Shown: piece after piece, positions 47,901 to 60,810 of the stretch
Layout of the letters: each line of letters opens with the position of its first letter
Numbering within the stretch: the stretch's first letter is position 1
NCBI GenBank assembly: GCA_030264375.1
Contig: JASCQW010000132.1
Span: 80,014,784 to 80,078,783 of the forward strand
Direction of reading: 5' to 3'
DNA from: Carcharhinus longimanus
Taxonomy: Eukaryota
Length of the DNA: 64,000 nt
Notes under the pieces: model-generated
Databases searched by the model: none
What the model was told of the DNA's origin: nothing
Seen by the model: the letters and a program-made list of their open reading frames with translations, nothing else
Position numbers and translations under genes: made by a program

Positions 47901-50379
47901 CAAACTTGTATACGATCGCAGTTGTTTTTTTATCCCTCGCAGGAAAGCATTTGGATTGACTATTATAACAGTCAAGGTGAAACTTCTGGTGTAAAACAAA
48001 ACATTTCGCAAGCATTTCATTTAATTGGGTGAGTTTTGTTTTAAAAATAAAATTCGTTAGACCAACGCACAAGAATGACATTTCCTTCTTTCGCCCCTTC
48101 CAACTTGGTGAATTGATCAACCGGCTTCTTGTATGTTGACGTGCCAACCTGTAAACTTGACATTGGAGCCAATTAATGAAAAGTCTTCAGACAAAGAGTT
48201 TGACGCAAAAAAAAGTTTTTTGTTGAGGGTGTTGGGCGTTTTTTTTTAAATTTCCGCTTGACTACAACTTGTAATCGGATCTCTGCGCTGGAGAGGTCAG
48301 CGATGCTTCTCGATATTATAATCCTGTCGTGTTAAGTTTGAGAACATGATCTCGATTTGTTTTGAAGCAATTAGTGGATTATTCAAAGAATGCAATTACT
48401 TGCAATAAATTACGTGTAGTAATGCAAAACTTTCTACTAATTGTATTTTAAGAAATGGGGCCAAGTCCACTTTTGTCGTTGCATTCTTAAAGAAGTCCAT
48501 AACTCCGTATAACACAATAATGTAGAACATGCATAGAAACAGATCGTATAAAATAACACCAGTGTAGTATTGCAACACAACGCGCTGGCTTGAAGCAATA
48601 GCTTGCCGAAATAATATTGTACACTGGAAAAGTTTGAACCAAAACTTAAGATAGAGCGTAACTCTGTAGATAATTTCATGATAAAAGCTTTCACGGGCAT
48701 GCTGTTATTTTTAAAATACAAGCAACAGAGCTTGCAAGGAATTAAAGTAATTTTCCCAACTTAAAAAAAATCTATAGTGAGGGGTATGGGGAAGGATGGA
48801 GAGTTGGTTGATGATCAATATATCCATCTAATGCTTTCGTCGCATGAGTAAACACAGGTTGTGTAATCCTTGCGTGTTTCTCCCACTGAGAATTCCCTTC
48901 CTCGCGGTCTGATGCGAATATTGGGCGGGCCAGTTGTGGGGAAGATGGTGGGGATTGTACCCAAGTAGATTTGCGACAGGTAAATCCCAAGGTCGTCAGA
49001 AAATTTTCAATGGACCATGGAATTCTTCAAGGCTGTGCTACTGACTGGACAACAATGCAAATAAAATCATTTAACATCTTCAATTCTTTCTTGAAGCTAG
49101 CCTAAACCTAAAATGATTTCCTTCCTGAGCATGTTCTGATTGTCACTTGTGATGTTAATGATATAATGCGAAGATGTCAGGCTGATGCGTCGCTAGTGTT
49201 GCTGCAGTGATTGGAATGTTTTTGTAGAGAACCAAAATCCTAGTGAAACATTGACCCCACTTCTTGACACACTCCTGGGGTTTTCAAGTCCTTTCTTGGA
49301 GGGTACATACCTATCCGGCTGATAGCTGATTTTTGCGCGCGCAATGTAGGAGTAATTAAATAGCGACACCAGACACCCGATTTATGGGCTCTCTACCATA
49401 CACGTTTCAATGTTCATATTAGATAATGTTGGATGGCTGTCCATTGGGAATAACGGCTGGAGAGGAGTGTGAGCAGAACATCACCTCAGCAAGGAGGTGC
49501 ATATATTGGCACTAATTGCAGGTCAAGCTCAAACTGATTTTTTTTATCGACTGGGTTCTGATTTTGATTATTGTGTTAAATTTAAAGATAGCCGTTAATG
49601 ACAAAGGACAGCCAGTTGGCAGGGACTGCGTTCTCACTTCTTCACTAAATTAGTCCCACTTTTGATAATGCAATGTAATTCCCACATTCTTCTAAATGTA
49701 CCCACGTTACAATGTCATCTAGTTAACAACATGTGCTGTCAATCTGGGCATACGAACATTTCTTTCAAGACATAGCGATCAAATCGGGAATTCATTCGGC
49801 ACTCACGCGGTAATTTGATCAACCTATTTGAACTAACGTATTATTAGTTTTGGATCCAAGGACTGGAACCAGAGCCAGTATTCATGGTATAGTACAACTG
49901 TTAATATGGGGGAAAATGTTGTAAAGAATTGCGGATAGTGTTCTGCAATTCGAATTAACAACACAAATTCCACCTACAATGGGAGTCATGTCTGAGGCAG
50001 TGGGATAATGCCCAGTTATGGAAAAGTTAGAAGTAGGAATGCTAAGGCATGTTGCTGCATCAGCAGAATATGGTGATAATTTTACAAATCGGTGTTACCA
50101 ATGGAAAGCCTGAGTCAGTGCCAGCACAAATAATAAATCGCGGCATACGCTTACTATCATATTTTCATGGGCAGCACACATCCACATTTCTATTTGGTTT
50201 ACTATGCAGTGCTGCCTATCACCATTGGAAATACATGATTTGCCTCCTTTATGTCTGAAGTCATCCAGTTGAAGATGCATGGTAGTCTGCTTCGGTAATA
50301 TTTTATGTTCAGCCTGCTCACAAGTAACAAGGAAAACATCTAAGCCTTCAGGAGGGCACAGGAAGAATTTCTAGTAGAT

Positions 50380-50810
50380 TTCATAGAATCCTTACAGTAT
50401 AGAACGAGGTCATCCTGTCCATTGAGTCTGTACTCACCACAATCCCTCCCAGGGATATTCACATATATGTACTCACATATNNNNNNNNNNNNNNNNNNNN
50501 NNNNNNNNNNNNNNNNNNNNNNNNNNNNNNNNNNNNNNNNNNNNNNNNNNNNNNNNNNNNNNNNNNNNNNNNNNNNNNNNGTACTCACCACAATCCCTCC
50601 CAGGCTTTATTCCTGTAAACCCACATATTTACCCTGCTAATCCCCTGACATTGGATCAATTTATCATGGCCAATCAACAATACCTGCACATCTTTGGACT
50701 GTGGGAGAAAATCCAAGCATCTGGAGGAAACCCATGCAGACACGAGAATTGAACCTGGGTCCTTGGTACTGTGTGGCAACAATGCTAACCACTGTGCCAC
50801 CGTGTCACCC
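50380..50810 (-). mobile_element. HE1-type SINE spanning a gap
   Basis: Head GGTGGCACAGTGGTTAGCATTG (minus), core, tail; GTACTCACCACAATCCCTCCCAGG present on both sides of the gap. Confidence 0.85.
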
Positions 50811-51299
50811 TAATTAATAACAAATTTCACTCACAATGGAATTGAACCTAGGTCCCAATTACACTATGAGAAAAAAAAACTCATGGACTCTTTGACTTGA
50901 AACGTGAATGACAAATGACCTTACAGGTTACGAGAAACACTAAGTTAAACAAGGAAGGTTAGTGCGGAACTATATTCCATGTTAAAACACAACTACATCA
51001 CAAGGGGACATAGGTACAAGTTGGTATAAAATAAGATCAGCATTAATGTCAAGAAGCACATCTTCAAGCAGTGATTAGCTCCTGAAATGGCATTCTGGTG
51101 GGGCGATGGAAGCAAAAATGAAAGTCATTCAAGAGCTGTCATAATTTTCTATGGAACAACTCGATGAGGTAAGCGGTTTTCTTCATTTATATTGATTTAA
51201 TTGTCATGAATTTTGATACATACAAGTTTCAGTTTGGCTCTGTTGATAGCATTGATATTTTTGAGACTGCATGTAATGGGTTTCAGCCCTTTCCAGTTC

Positions 51300-51610
51300 T
51301 TGAGACATAATCTGAACTGATATTTCAGCATTGTATGGAGGGACCATTATGGGAGGCTGTGACATTAACCCAAGATCATCTGCTGGTTCAGATGGATGTA
51401 TAATATCCCTTGTATTATTCAAGAAAGAGCAGAAAGTTTTCTCCCCTCACTCATACTGACAAGAAAACAGGTAACTGGCCCTTCTTCTTGCTACTGTTCT
51501 GAGCTATGGCAATGTGCAAATTGTCTACACAACATATACAATTGCAGTTCAGAAGTATGTTGTTGGATGTGAAACACAATGGAATGTTGTAAGAGGTGCT
51601 ATAGTAATAA
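51300..51610 (+). mobile_element. Eroded DeuSINE-like relic
   Basis: ATTCAAGAAAGAGCAG..AGTT.TCTCCCC...TGTGCAAATTG.CT..TTGG.TGTGAAAC. Confidence 0.45.
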
Positions 51611-51764
51611 ACCATTTTTTAATTTATTTTTGTGATACCATGTTTTTCCTAAGATTACTTAAAACACATTCTTGAAGTGCATATCAAGTTATCATGTTGT
51701 TGGCGCTTGCTCGATTTAAATAATACTCATAGAAAAACAGGCAACAACAATGAAGCACATTAGT

Positions 51765-52502
51765 ACGAGGGAGAAATTTACATTCCCCACTGGCAGTTTT
51801 GCAGGCGGGGACAGGGCAGGATGGGGGTGGGTGTAAGATTTCTTAGAAGGTCTTGCCATTGCCCTTCCACTCGCTCTAGGTTCCCCTAGGTTGGCCTGTC
51901 CATCCTTGCCCCGACTGAGGCCCTTAAGTGGCCAATTAATGATGACATAAGGGCCATTTCCATTTAGGCTCAACATTTAGGCTGAGAGGAAGAGTTCAGT
52001 TGTGGGGGGCAGCTTTGGAAATACACTTTGCACAGGCATTGGTTGGGAAGGTGGATACCTCCATTGAAGGTGTCTTTTAACACTGGCCTTGCCCCCTTCT
52101 CCAACCACCCCAACAATATCTGCCACATGCAGATGCTCCCTCCACTACTGGCATCTCCATCATCACCCTCGCCTATCTCCCCCACCTGACTTTTGCCCAA
52201 CACCACCAGATCTCACCACCCCTGAGATCTGATACTTTCCCTGTCCTGGACATCGGGCTTTAGACTCAGAGGACTGTTTGTAATCCCAGTCCTGTCCACT
52301 GGCTTCTGGTGTTGTTGGGGTTAGGGAGTTACTGGCCAATCAAATTAGCTGGAAGCCCTTTGAGGCAGGACTTCCTCCAACCAGTTAAGATTCCTCAAAG
52401 CATTAAATGGCTGCAAGGCAACTAATATTGGTGAGAGTGCATTCACCACTGACTCTTCAAGTGGTAGGGCGGGAAACCCCACCATCTGAAAAATCCTGGC
52501 CA
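51765..52502. mobile_element. Non-autonomous DNA element (Harbinger-like MITE), putative
   Basis: GC-rich block with sharp edges, GAGGCCCTTAAGTGGCCAATTAAT internal motif and an AAAATCCTGGCC terminus; assignment from recall. Confidence 0.45.
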
Positions 52503-52539
52503 TGCTCATCATGAGATGCTGGCATTGCACTGGGGTAAA

Positions 52540-52630
52540 CACAGTTAGAAGTCTCACAACACCAGGTTAAAGTCCAATCAGTTTATTTGATGGTAATCCC
52601 ACAAGCTTTTGGAAACCCTGTTCCTCATCA
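52540..52630. mobile_element. Short dispersed repeat (Penelope-associated terminus), copy 2
   Basis: Matches 1983-2070. Confidence 0.6.
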
Positions 52631-55584
52631 TCACAGCTCTGAAATAACAAAAACATCAATCTTTTTAGGAGCCATTTTCATTAGAGATATTTTAGTTACT
52701 TAAAGTGACACAAACATATGATCATGACATTCAATTCTCAGAATCCTTCTCAGAAGCATGCATGAAATAAGCTAACTTCCAGTTTTATGAGCAAAGTCTT
52801 GAAAACTAAAAATTGCTACAATTACCTACCTATTCCTTATACACATAAAATGTCATGAGTTTGGTGTGATATCATTTTTAAACAACTAATGAACTTTACT
52901 GGACATAACATGAGTTGTTTTAAAATTACACTTAACAGGTGTCATTGAATCAGTGGCAACCCCACAGTAAATCTGTGAGATTCATCAACAACCAAATTTG
53001 TATATATATATTCCTAAACATTGTAAAAAAGGTTATTATGTGCCAAATTAAGATAACCTCAACTAAATGTACCAATACATTATGTGTTCTCACACTTAAA
53101 GCCAGGTGGCAGGTACATTGTTCAAGCTGTGAGGTGAAATTCTCGTTGTCATTCATTTAATGATTAATTAGTTGTGAATATGAAACAATACATTTACATC
53201 ACCAGTGTTGATTAAACGAGCAAAGTCAGGAATTCTGTTCCCTGATGTTCTCATCCAGATTCAGTGGCCAAGTCCACGTTAGCAGATTGATCTGAAAAAT
53301 GCTTTTTACATTGCTAAGCTGTTTTGCTGCTAATTTACCTTTTTTTTGCTATTATATTTTGAGCATCTGCACACACAGGTATTTAAAGCAATGTGTGCCT
53401 ATTCATGCACAAATCATGCAAACACCAGGATATCCAGAAGAGACTGTGGTAATATGTAGAGGATGTAGAGACTGGAGAATGGTCAAGAGAGTATATTGAA
53501 GTCCATTGATACACAATGGGATTCTGGTTAGAGATTCACTGACTATTAGTCTTAAAATAAATCTAAGGGCTCACTTACCTTTTGCAAACAGTGAGTTCCA
53601 GGCAGATTTAGAGAAATAATTTATACTTTATTATATAATAATTTATACTTCCAGACTCATTCCTGTTTCCATTCTGAAGTTGGATTTCAAGTTCAGCGAT
53701 GTTCTTACTTTGTGATATCTTAAGGTTGCCAGAGCTTGGAAGCTCAATACATTCATATATGATCACGGTGGGTTTCAAAACTAAATATTGGAGTTTCATG
53801 TTTTACTTTCAAGTACAGTTAGAAATAGGACCATGTATTGGACTCCACATTTACATTACATCTTCAGCACAGAAAGAGCAAACCTGGTGTGCAAAAGTAG
53901 TTGTAACCTGCATTAACAATTAACCAGATGCAAAGTCAAATATTGAATAATTTCAGGGCCAAATCAATGCATATGTGGCTTTAGAAAAAGGTGCAAAATC
54001 AAAAACAAAAGACCATGTTTAGTATCTGCATGGTTTTTGTTCTGCTTTGTAACATCTATTTCATTTTTTAATCTATTTAACTGATTTATTATAGAATTTA
54101 CACCAAAAATTCAGTGATCACAGATAGCCCATACTTATTTTAATTTATGTTTAGTAAAATCACTTTATTTGTGACATGCAAATGCCATCTATCAATGCCT
54201 ATCAGACACATTGCCTGTGATTTCTGTCTTGAAGCCTGAACTCTATTTACACCTACTGCAAACAGGCAAGTTATTCTTTCCAAAACTATACTTTATTCAT
54301 AAAATTTGCAAAAGTACATCATAAATCATTTCAATTTAGAAATGAAAGGAAATGACATAGAATTCGATTTGTCTCCCTACAGCGTGTTCCACTCTTTGGT
54401 ACTCTGCACAAATGTAATTCTTTTGATATTTACGATATACATTCCATGTCAGGCATACAGCCTGGAGGCAAAACATTTCAGATTGAACAATTATAATAAG
54501 TGCAATAGAATTCAACTTTCCTTCATGCAGCATGTTCCTCTCTGGGGTGCTGGAATACGCATTTCAATACTATTCTTGTTTCTGTTTAATGTTAGACACA
54601 CAGCTTGAGACATTCTATAAATTTGTTTCAAGTTTAATCTTTTAGCAGTAGATCTTATTTTCTTGTCTATTTTTTATTGATGAGTTTTTCACACTGGGAA
54701 CTTTGATCAGGCGACACACTTTCCTGTATTAGTACTATTACAGAGTTGCAAATATAACTGAAGCACTAATAACATTGGATGTAATTGGATGAAGGATGAA
54801 CATTGCTACGGCTCAGCTGCAAGTTCATAGCAAATGAAAATTTGCAGCTGTAGTATGGACTACTGTGATGCAAATGAGACTGGTGTAAATAACAGTAGTC
54901 TGATTCTCATCCCCAGTCATTTCCTGCTCAATGGAAAACTGCACTGCATGCATTGGACTGGCAATCTGAATCTATCCAGTGCAAAAAGTGGAAGGGCTAG
55001 AAGTGAGACTAAATGCAGAGAAATTGTTATCAGTTTGGATCAACTTGATTTGAACTAATTATTTGTTGTAAATGGGACTTAAGAAAGAAGTCTGCTAATT
55101 TTATGTCAGTTGAAAAGATTACTTACCTTCCTGTCAATCCTTCGTGCCAGTCTTGTTCCCCGTTGTGCTGTTGTAGAGAAAAATCATTTGTAATTATGTG
55201 CAATTTTGGCACTGGGGAAGTAACATCATGGCTCTTTTGTACAAAGAATTGTGGGTCCTGTGACAAACTCGACAGCCTCATGCTGTAGCCACAATTTTTA
55301 AATGTCCTAATTGTTTACAGTGCTGCGTGAGAGTGTCACAATAAAACATTGAAATGTAGCATTGAAAACAATCACCAANNNNNNNNNNTTTTCTCCTCGC
55401 AGCAGGAGCCCTTAGATTTAAGGGGGGATTTTAACTCCCAGCAGGAAGCTGGCGGCAAGTGTGGTTTCTCATTCAGGAGCTATTGTGGGAGGCCTGGTCC
55501 ATTTTAACAACTGGGCCTCATGAGCATTCTGCCAGTCAGCTACCTACAAAAACAGAGGTCCAGAGGCAGCTCACTGGCTTGGAA

Positions 55585-56285
55585 CGTAGAATTTTTGAAT
55601 GTTTATAGCACAGAAGGATGCCATTTGGCCCATCATATCTATGCTGGAACTCTGCCTTGCCCAATAGCCCTGCGTTTTTTTCTTCTCAGGAAATTATCTC
55701 CAATTGAAACTGGCCCCTGCCCAGCATTAGATTCTCAAGCAGTACGTTCCAGATCCTAACCACTCACTAAGTAAAACAGTCTTTCCTTATGTTGCTGTTG
55801 CTTCTTATGCCAGTCATCTGAAATCAGTGCCCCTGCTCTTGATTCTTCTAACAATGGGAACAATTTTTCTCTATCTACTGTGTCCAGACTACTCATGATT
55901 TTGAATACCTCTATTAAATCACTTCTTAATCTTCTCTACTCCAAGGAGAACAGACCTAGCTTGCCAATTTATCATACAATTTAAGTTTGTCATCCTTTGA
56001 ACAGCCCTTGTGAATCTTTTCCACACCCTCTCTAATGTCTTCACATTCTTCCTGAAGTTTGGTGCCTTGAATTGGGTACAGCGCTCCAGTTGAGGTAGGT
56101 TTAGCGTAACATCCTTGCTTTTGTTCTCTTTGCTGCTCTTTATAAAACACTGAATCCCACACACTTTAATAATTACTTTCTCACCTTATCCTGACAACTT
56201 CATTGATTTGTGTTCATACACCTGCAGTTTCTTCAGTTGCTACATTCTGTTTAGAATTGTATGCTTTGTTTTATATTGCCTCACC
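55585..56285 (-). mobile_element. CR1 3' ORF2 fragment
   Basis: PQLERCTQFKAPNFRKNVKTLERVWKRFTRAV (CR1 motif PHLEYCVQFW.P..RKD...LERVQRRFTRM). Confidence 0.8.
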
Positions 56286-57579
56286 TCATTCTTCCTACCA
56301 GAAGATCTATAAAGATTAGGCCACCAGGCCAGCAGTCTAGTAAGTATTGGGAGAGAGTTTTCCATGTAGGAATCATAGATCCTAAGAGTGCCAACTGCCC
56401 TAATTTTCTTTATGAGGCCCAAGTGATGGGGAACCAGACAAAAAAAAAGTTTCATACTTAAAAGACCAAGATTTTGCAGGGTGTCTGATANNNNNNNNNN
56501 NNNNNNNNNNNNNNNNNNNNNNNNNNNNNNNNNNNNNNNNNNNNNNNNNNNNNNNNNNNNNNNNNNNNNNNNNNNNNNNNNNNNNNNNNNNNNNNNNNNN
56601 NNNNNNNNNNNNNNNNNNNNNNNNNNNNNNNNNNNNNNNNNNNNNNNNNNNNNNNNNNNNNNNNNNNNNNNNNNNNNNNNNNNNNNNNNNNNNNNNNNNN
56701 NNNNNNNNNCGTTATATTCAAAGATATGATCACTAAATCACTTTATTGTTAACATTTTACTTCTTATGCTACAAGTTTGGAGAGCACTGTTTCAACTTGA
56801 TAGAAATGTTTGCATTTCTTTCCTAACCTAAATTAGCACCAAAGACAAAGAAAAAATTAACAGTTTCAGTAAGCTGTAATGCCTTCAATCAATATTGAAA
56901 TTTGTCTTCTAATTACATCAAACTACATTTATCTGTTTTTCAATTTTAATATTGTATCTTAACACAGAAACATTTTGCTGTAATCAGCAAATAGTTTCAC
57001 ATGCTCATACATTAAAATGTATCTTTTCAAATTATTATTCCTCTGAACTTCTCTAAAATATTACATTATTTTTTGACTATCGTCTTTCGTCATTGTCATT
57101 TCCGCCCCCCCACCCCCATCTTTTCTGAAGGTGCTGATTTATGCTGTGTTATAACTCCACAGCAACAACTTGTCCAACTGTGCTTCAGGCCATTCTTTGT
57201 GTGTGATCCCAGATAGTGAGCATTGGCAAGCTGTGCAATACAATTGGGGCTGGACTGGTTTTGCTGCTGGTAGTAGCTCATAGTGGGATTTCAATCTTCC
57301 TGCCATGACTGACCAGATTTCCTTGGATGTGTCTAATTATACATAAAAGATGGCTCCACACAGAGACTCTGCCACACAGAGGGAACCTAACAGTAATGGT
57401 CAGGAAAGCCTGACAGCACTGCACTGTGACGTTCGAAAGAGGGAGAGACAAAATTGAAAGGGACAAGGGCAACCCAAAGATTTATCAGATTCTTAAAACA
57501 TTGAAAGATCTTAATGATTAGAACATCTTCTGGTGCAGGAAGCAGCAGACGAGAAGAGTTGGCCACAACCAAGCTTTTA

Positions 57580-57720
57580 CATAGAAACATAAGAGAAGGA
57601 GCAGGCCATTTGTTCTTATGAGCCTGCTTCTCCATTCAATGAGATCATGGCTGACCTGATGTGGTCTCAACCCCCTTCTGTCTGCCTCTGTAACTTTTCA
57701 CTCCCTTGTCAATCAAAACT
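57580..57720 (-). mobile_element. CR1 3' tail
   Basis: ACATAGAAACATAAG..GGAGCAGGCCATT..GAGCCTGCT..CCATTCAATGAGATCATGGCTGA. Confidence 0.75.
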
Positions 57721-58589
57721 ATCCCCAAAAATTTATCCCGATAAACTTCTACATCATCAACTTGAAATTTAGTGTAATTTTAGCCCCAAAATGGGTGGCT
57801 TTGGGTTTGGGTAAATGATTACATTTTTAAAATTTCAAACCCAACTCCAATCAACCTGAAACCAACCCATTTCCAAATTTTAATAAAGGTGGGAACAGTT
57901 GAGGCTCCAATATGCTCTCTTGAGGCAATGAGGTCTGTGACAGTATGGAGGCTGCATTCTTTCACTTCAACAAGTAATTTATTTTCAATGAATGTGGCCA
58001 CGGTAACCCAGGAGGCAAAATGAAGTGTGTTGGATGGATCCATCAGGTAAATCCCTTTGCAGTACTCCTGTTGGACCAGGAATGGAAGTGTTTACCCCAA
58101 GCCCAACAAGCTACCTACCTATCTCCACAATCACCAACTTTGCCCTACCACCATATTGCCTCCACTGACCACCATTTCACTACCTGCCCATTACCACCTT
58201 GTCCCACCCCCCACAATTATTGTCTCACCCACTTTGACCATCCTTAGAACCCCCAGCTCCTCCACCAAATGTAACCATCTTCCTGCCATATTCACTCCTC
58301 ACAGCATATCTCTACCCTCCCCATCAATAGACCCCTTCTGCTCCCAACAGTGATCTCTCCTTGCCTCCCTACCTGCTCTCTGTTAAGATGAATTTTTCTA
58401 CTGTAGGTGCATCAGTCTGATAGGCAACCAGACTATCGGTAAGGTTTACTGTCAGGCAGGAAACATACAGCAAAAAATGAAGAGATATCCAAAGTTGAAA
58501 GGATATCTGGTATTTTTGTCTTTCTCATCCATAACTTCACCATCTGTCCACCCCCCCACCCCCCACCCCTTACTGTCCAATAAAATTTG

Positions 58590-58810
58590 GGGTCATTAAT
58601 TCTGAACTCTGTTCTGTCTCCACAGATGCTGCCTGACCTGCTGAGTATTACCNNNNNNNNNNNNNNNNNNNNNNNNNNNNNNNNNNNNNNNNNNNNNNNN
58701 NNNNNNNNNNNNNNNNNNNNNNNNNNNNNNNNNNNNNNNNNNNNNNNNNNNNTGTCTCCACAGATGCTGCCTGACCTGCTGAGTATTACCAACATTTTCT
58801 GTTTTTTCTA
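58590..58810. mobile_element. Penelope-type terminal repeat flanking a gap
   Basis: TGTCTCCACAGATGCTGCCTGACCTGCTGAGTATTACC on both sides of the N run. Confidence 0.6.
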
Positions 58811-59569
58811 TCCTACCTGCCTCTAATTTGCACAACAGGAGCTCCACTATAATTATACATGACATACATGACAAGAATGCCACAAGCATAATAAATAAAA
58901 TGAATGAGTTGGAAGTTATAATAAATTAGGATCTGTGAGCTACTGTAGTAATCCTGAAGCCTGACTAAAGGAAGGTGATAGAGTCAATTTTAATGGAGAG
59001 TAGAAGTGAGTGGGTTGCAGGTTTGTGAGTTGGCAGCACACCTAGATTATATCACCGACACAAAAGCTTGATGCTTTTTACTATTTTATAATATGATTGG
59101 CAGCTCACCTGCTCAACATTTAACATAATTTCCAATGGGGGCCCCGAGGCAACATTCTTGCATCTCTTAATGGAAGATTGTTATCACTAAATTTAAACAC
59201 ATTTGTAATAATTGGGTGTATGATCCTTCTGAATGTTTGGATATTGTGTTCCCATATCTTCCTAGAGCTGTCACCAGCAGAAATCAGAATGAGGAGGCAA
59301 GTACTTTTATCACCAAATGGGAAGGAGAATCCTGAGAGTCTTGCTCAGAAAGTCAACTTGTTATCATTGCTGTGGGTTATAAATAGGGTTGTTCATGATT
59401 GTGGTTTATAGATATTGCTGGAGGGAAGGCTACTAGTAAATTATCAATGTACAATACAGACTTGGCATAAGACTCTACATGGAATTATCTTTCTCCATGC
59501 TCCATTGTCATGTCTTATGTCCCTGATCATATTTCATATTTAATATTAACCCTTTATATTCCAGCCAGG

Positions 59570-60810
59570 ACACAGGTGAAACACGAAGTGAACTGCAGAA
59601 GAATTGTCCAAAGAGTCTGGATCCAGTGTAGTTAGTGATTTAATGATCTCATAAGATCAACAGCATACAAATATTCTTTTGCCTATCTTTTGCATTGCAT
59701 CTTATCATAAGAGCATGAGAAGACCATTCCATTCATCAAACCCACTCCTGCTGCTCTGACTTGTATCTATTATTACCAGGAAATCTGCTGTGACGGTATT
59801 TCACACTCACCTGTCTACAAAATTAACATAGATCAGGTCAAATCTAGAATTTAGAAAATGGATTGGGTGTGAATACCACAAAGACAAAATAACTTTCTCC
59901 TTGTCAAGGAAAAGTTTGTCTCCACATTGAGGATATCCTCTATCATGTTGTGTGGCACTTTCACCACACTAAGTGAAATAGATTTTGATCAGATCCAACA
60001 ATGCAGCTGAGGGCATCCATGGGGCACTGTAGACCACCAGCAGCAAGAGAACTGTATTCAACCACAATCTGTAAACTCATTGACTGGCATATCTCCACTC
60101 CACCATTACCATCAAGACAGATGGTTCAATTATGAGAGCAGCATCAAACATACAGAAAATAGAGTGTCAACCTGGGGAAGTTGCAACACAGAACTACTTT
60201 CATGCAAATCGGTAGAAGCAGCATGTGATAATAGGGTTAAGCAATTCCATAGCCAACAGGTCAGACCTAAGCTGTGAACCCTGCCATACCCAGTTGCAAA
60301 TGATGACAGACAATTAAACAACTAACCAGCTCCAAAATAGCCCCATCCTCAATGATGGGAGAGCCTAGCATATCAGTGTAAAAGACAAGGCACAGGATTC
60401 TTTGGCTGTTCACACCAGCAGGATTTTCTGGCCCTGCTGCAGTGAATGGAGATTTGGCTGAACACCAAATTCTCCATCCTCACTGGCAGTGGCAATATGA
60501 CTGAATGGCTGGAGAAATCCAGCTAAGGTTGAAGCATTTGTAGCAACTTTGAGCCAGAAGTGCCATGTGGATGATTCATTTTAGCCTTCTTCTGAGCTTG
60601 CATCATCACAGATGTCAGTCTTCAGCCAATTCGATTCATTCCATTTATATTAAGAATCAGTGAAGGCACTGTACACTGCAAGGTTATGGATCCTGGCAAT
60701 ATTCCAGCAGTAGCTTGAAGACTTGTGCTCCAGAATTAACCACACCCCTCGCCTGTATAGCCAGAATACTGGCATCTACACTACAACATAAAAAATTGAC
60801 CAGGTATAAC
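59570..60810 (+). mobile_element. Decayed CR1/L2-group LINE ORF2 fragment with an inserted MITE
   Basis: KALYTA..MDPGNIPAVA.KTCAPELTTPLA (family motif KALDTAKA.GPDNIPA.VLKTCAPELA.PLA); IPILNDG.A.HISVKDKA | EAFVATLSQKC split by an insertion at about 60388-60525. Confidence 0.7.
60388..60525. mobile_element. Hairpin MITE
   Basis: Imperfect terminal inverted repeats GGATTCTTTGGCTGTTCA / TGAATGGCTGGAGAAATCC and internal inverted pair CAGTGAATGGAGATTTGG / CCAAATTCTCCATCCTCACTG. Confidence 0.6.

Noticed and set aside
50430-50605. Direct repeats flanking gaps here and at 58614-58790
   Set aside because: Most simply unmerged contig overlaps inside repeats rather than biological duplications.
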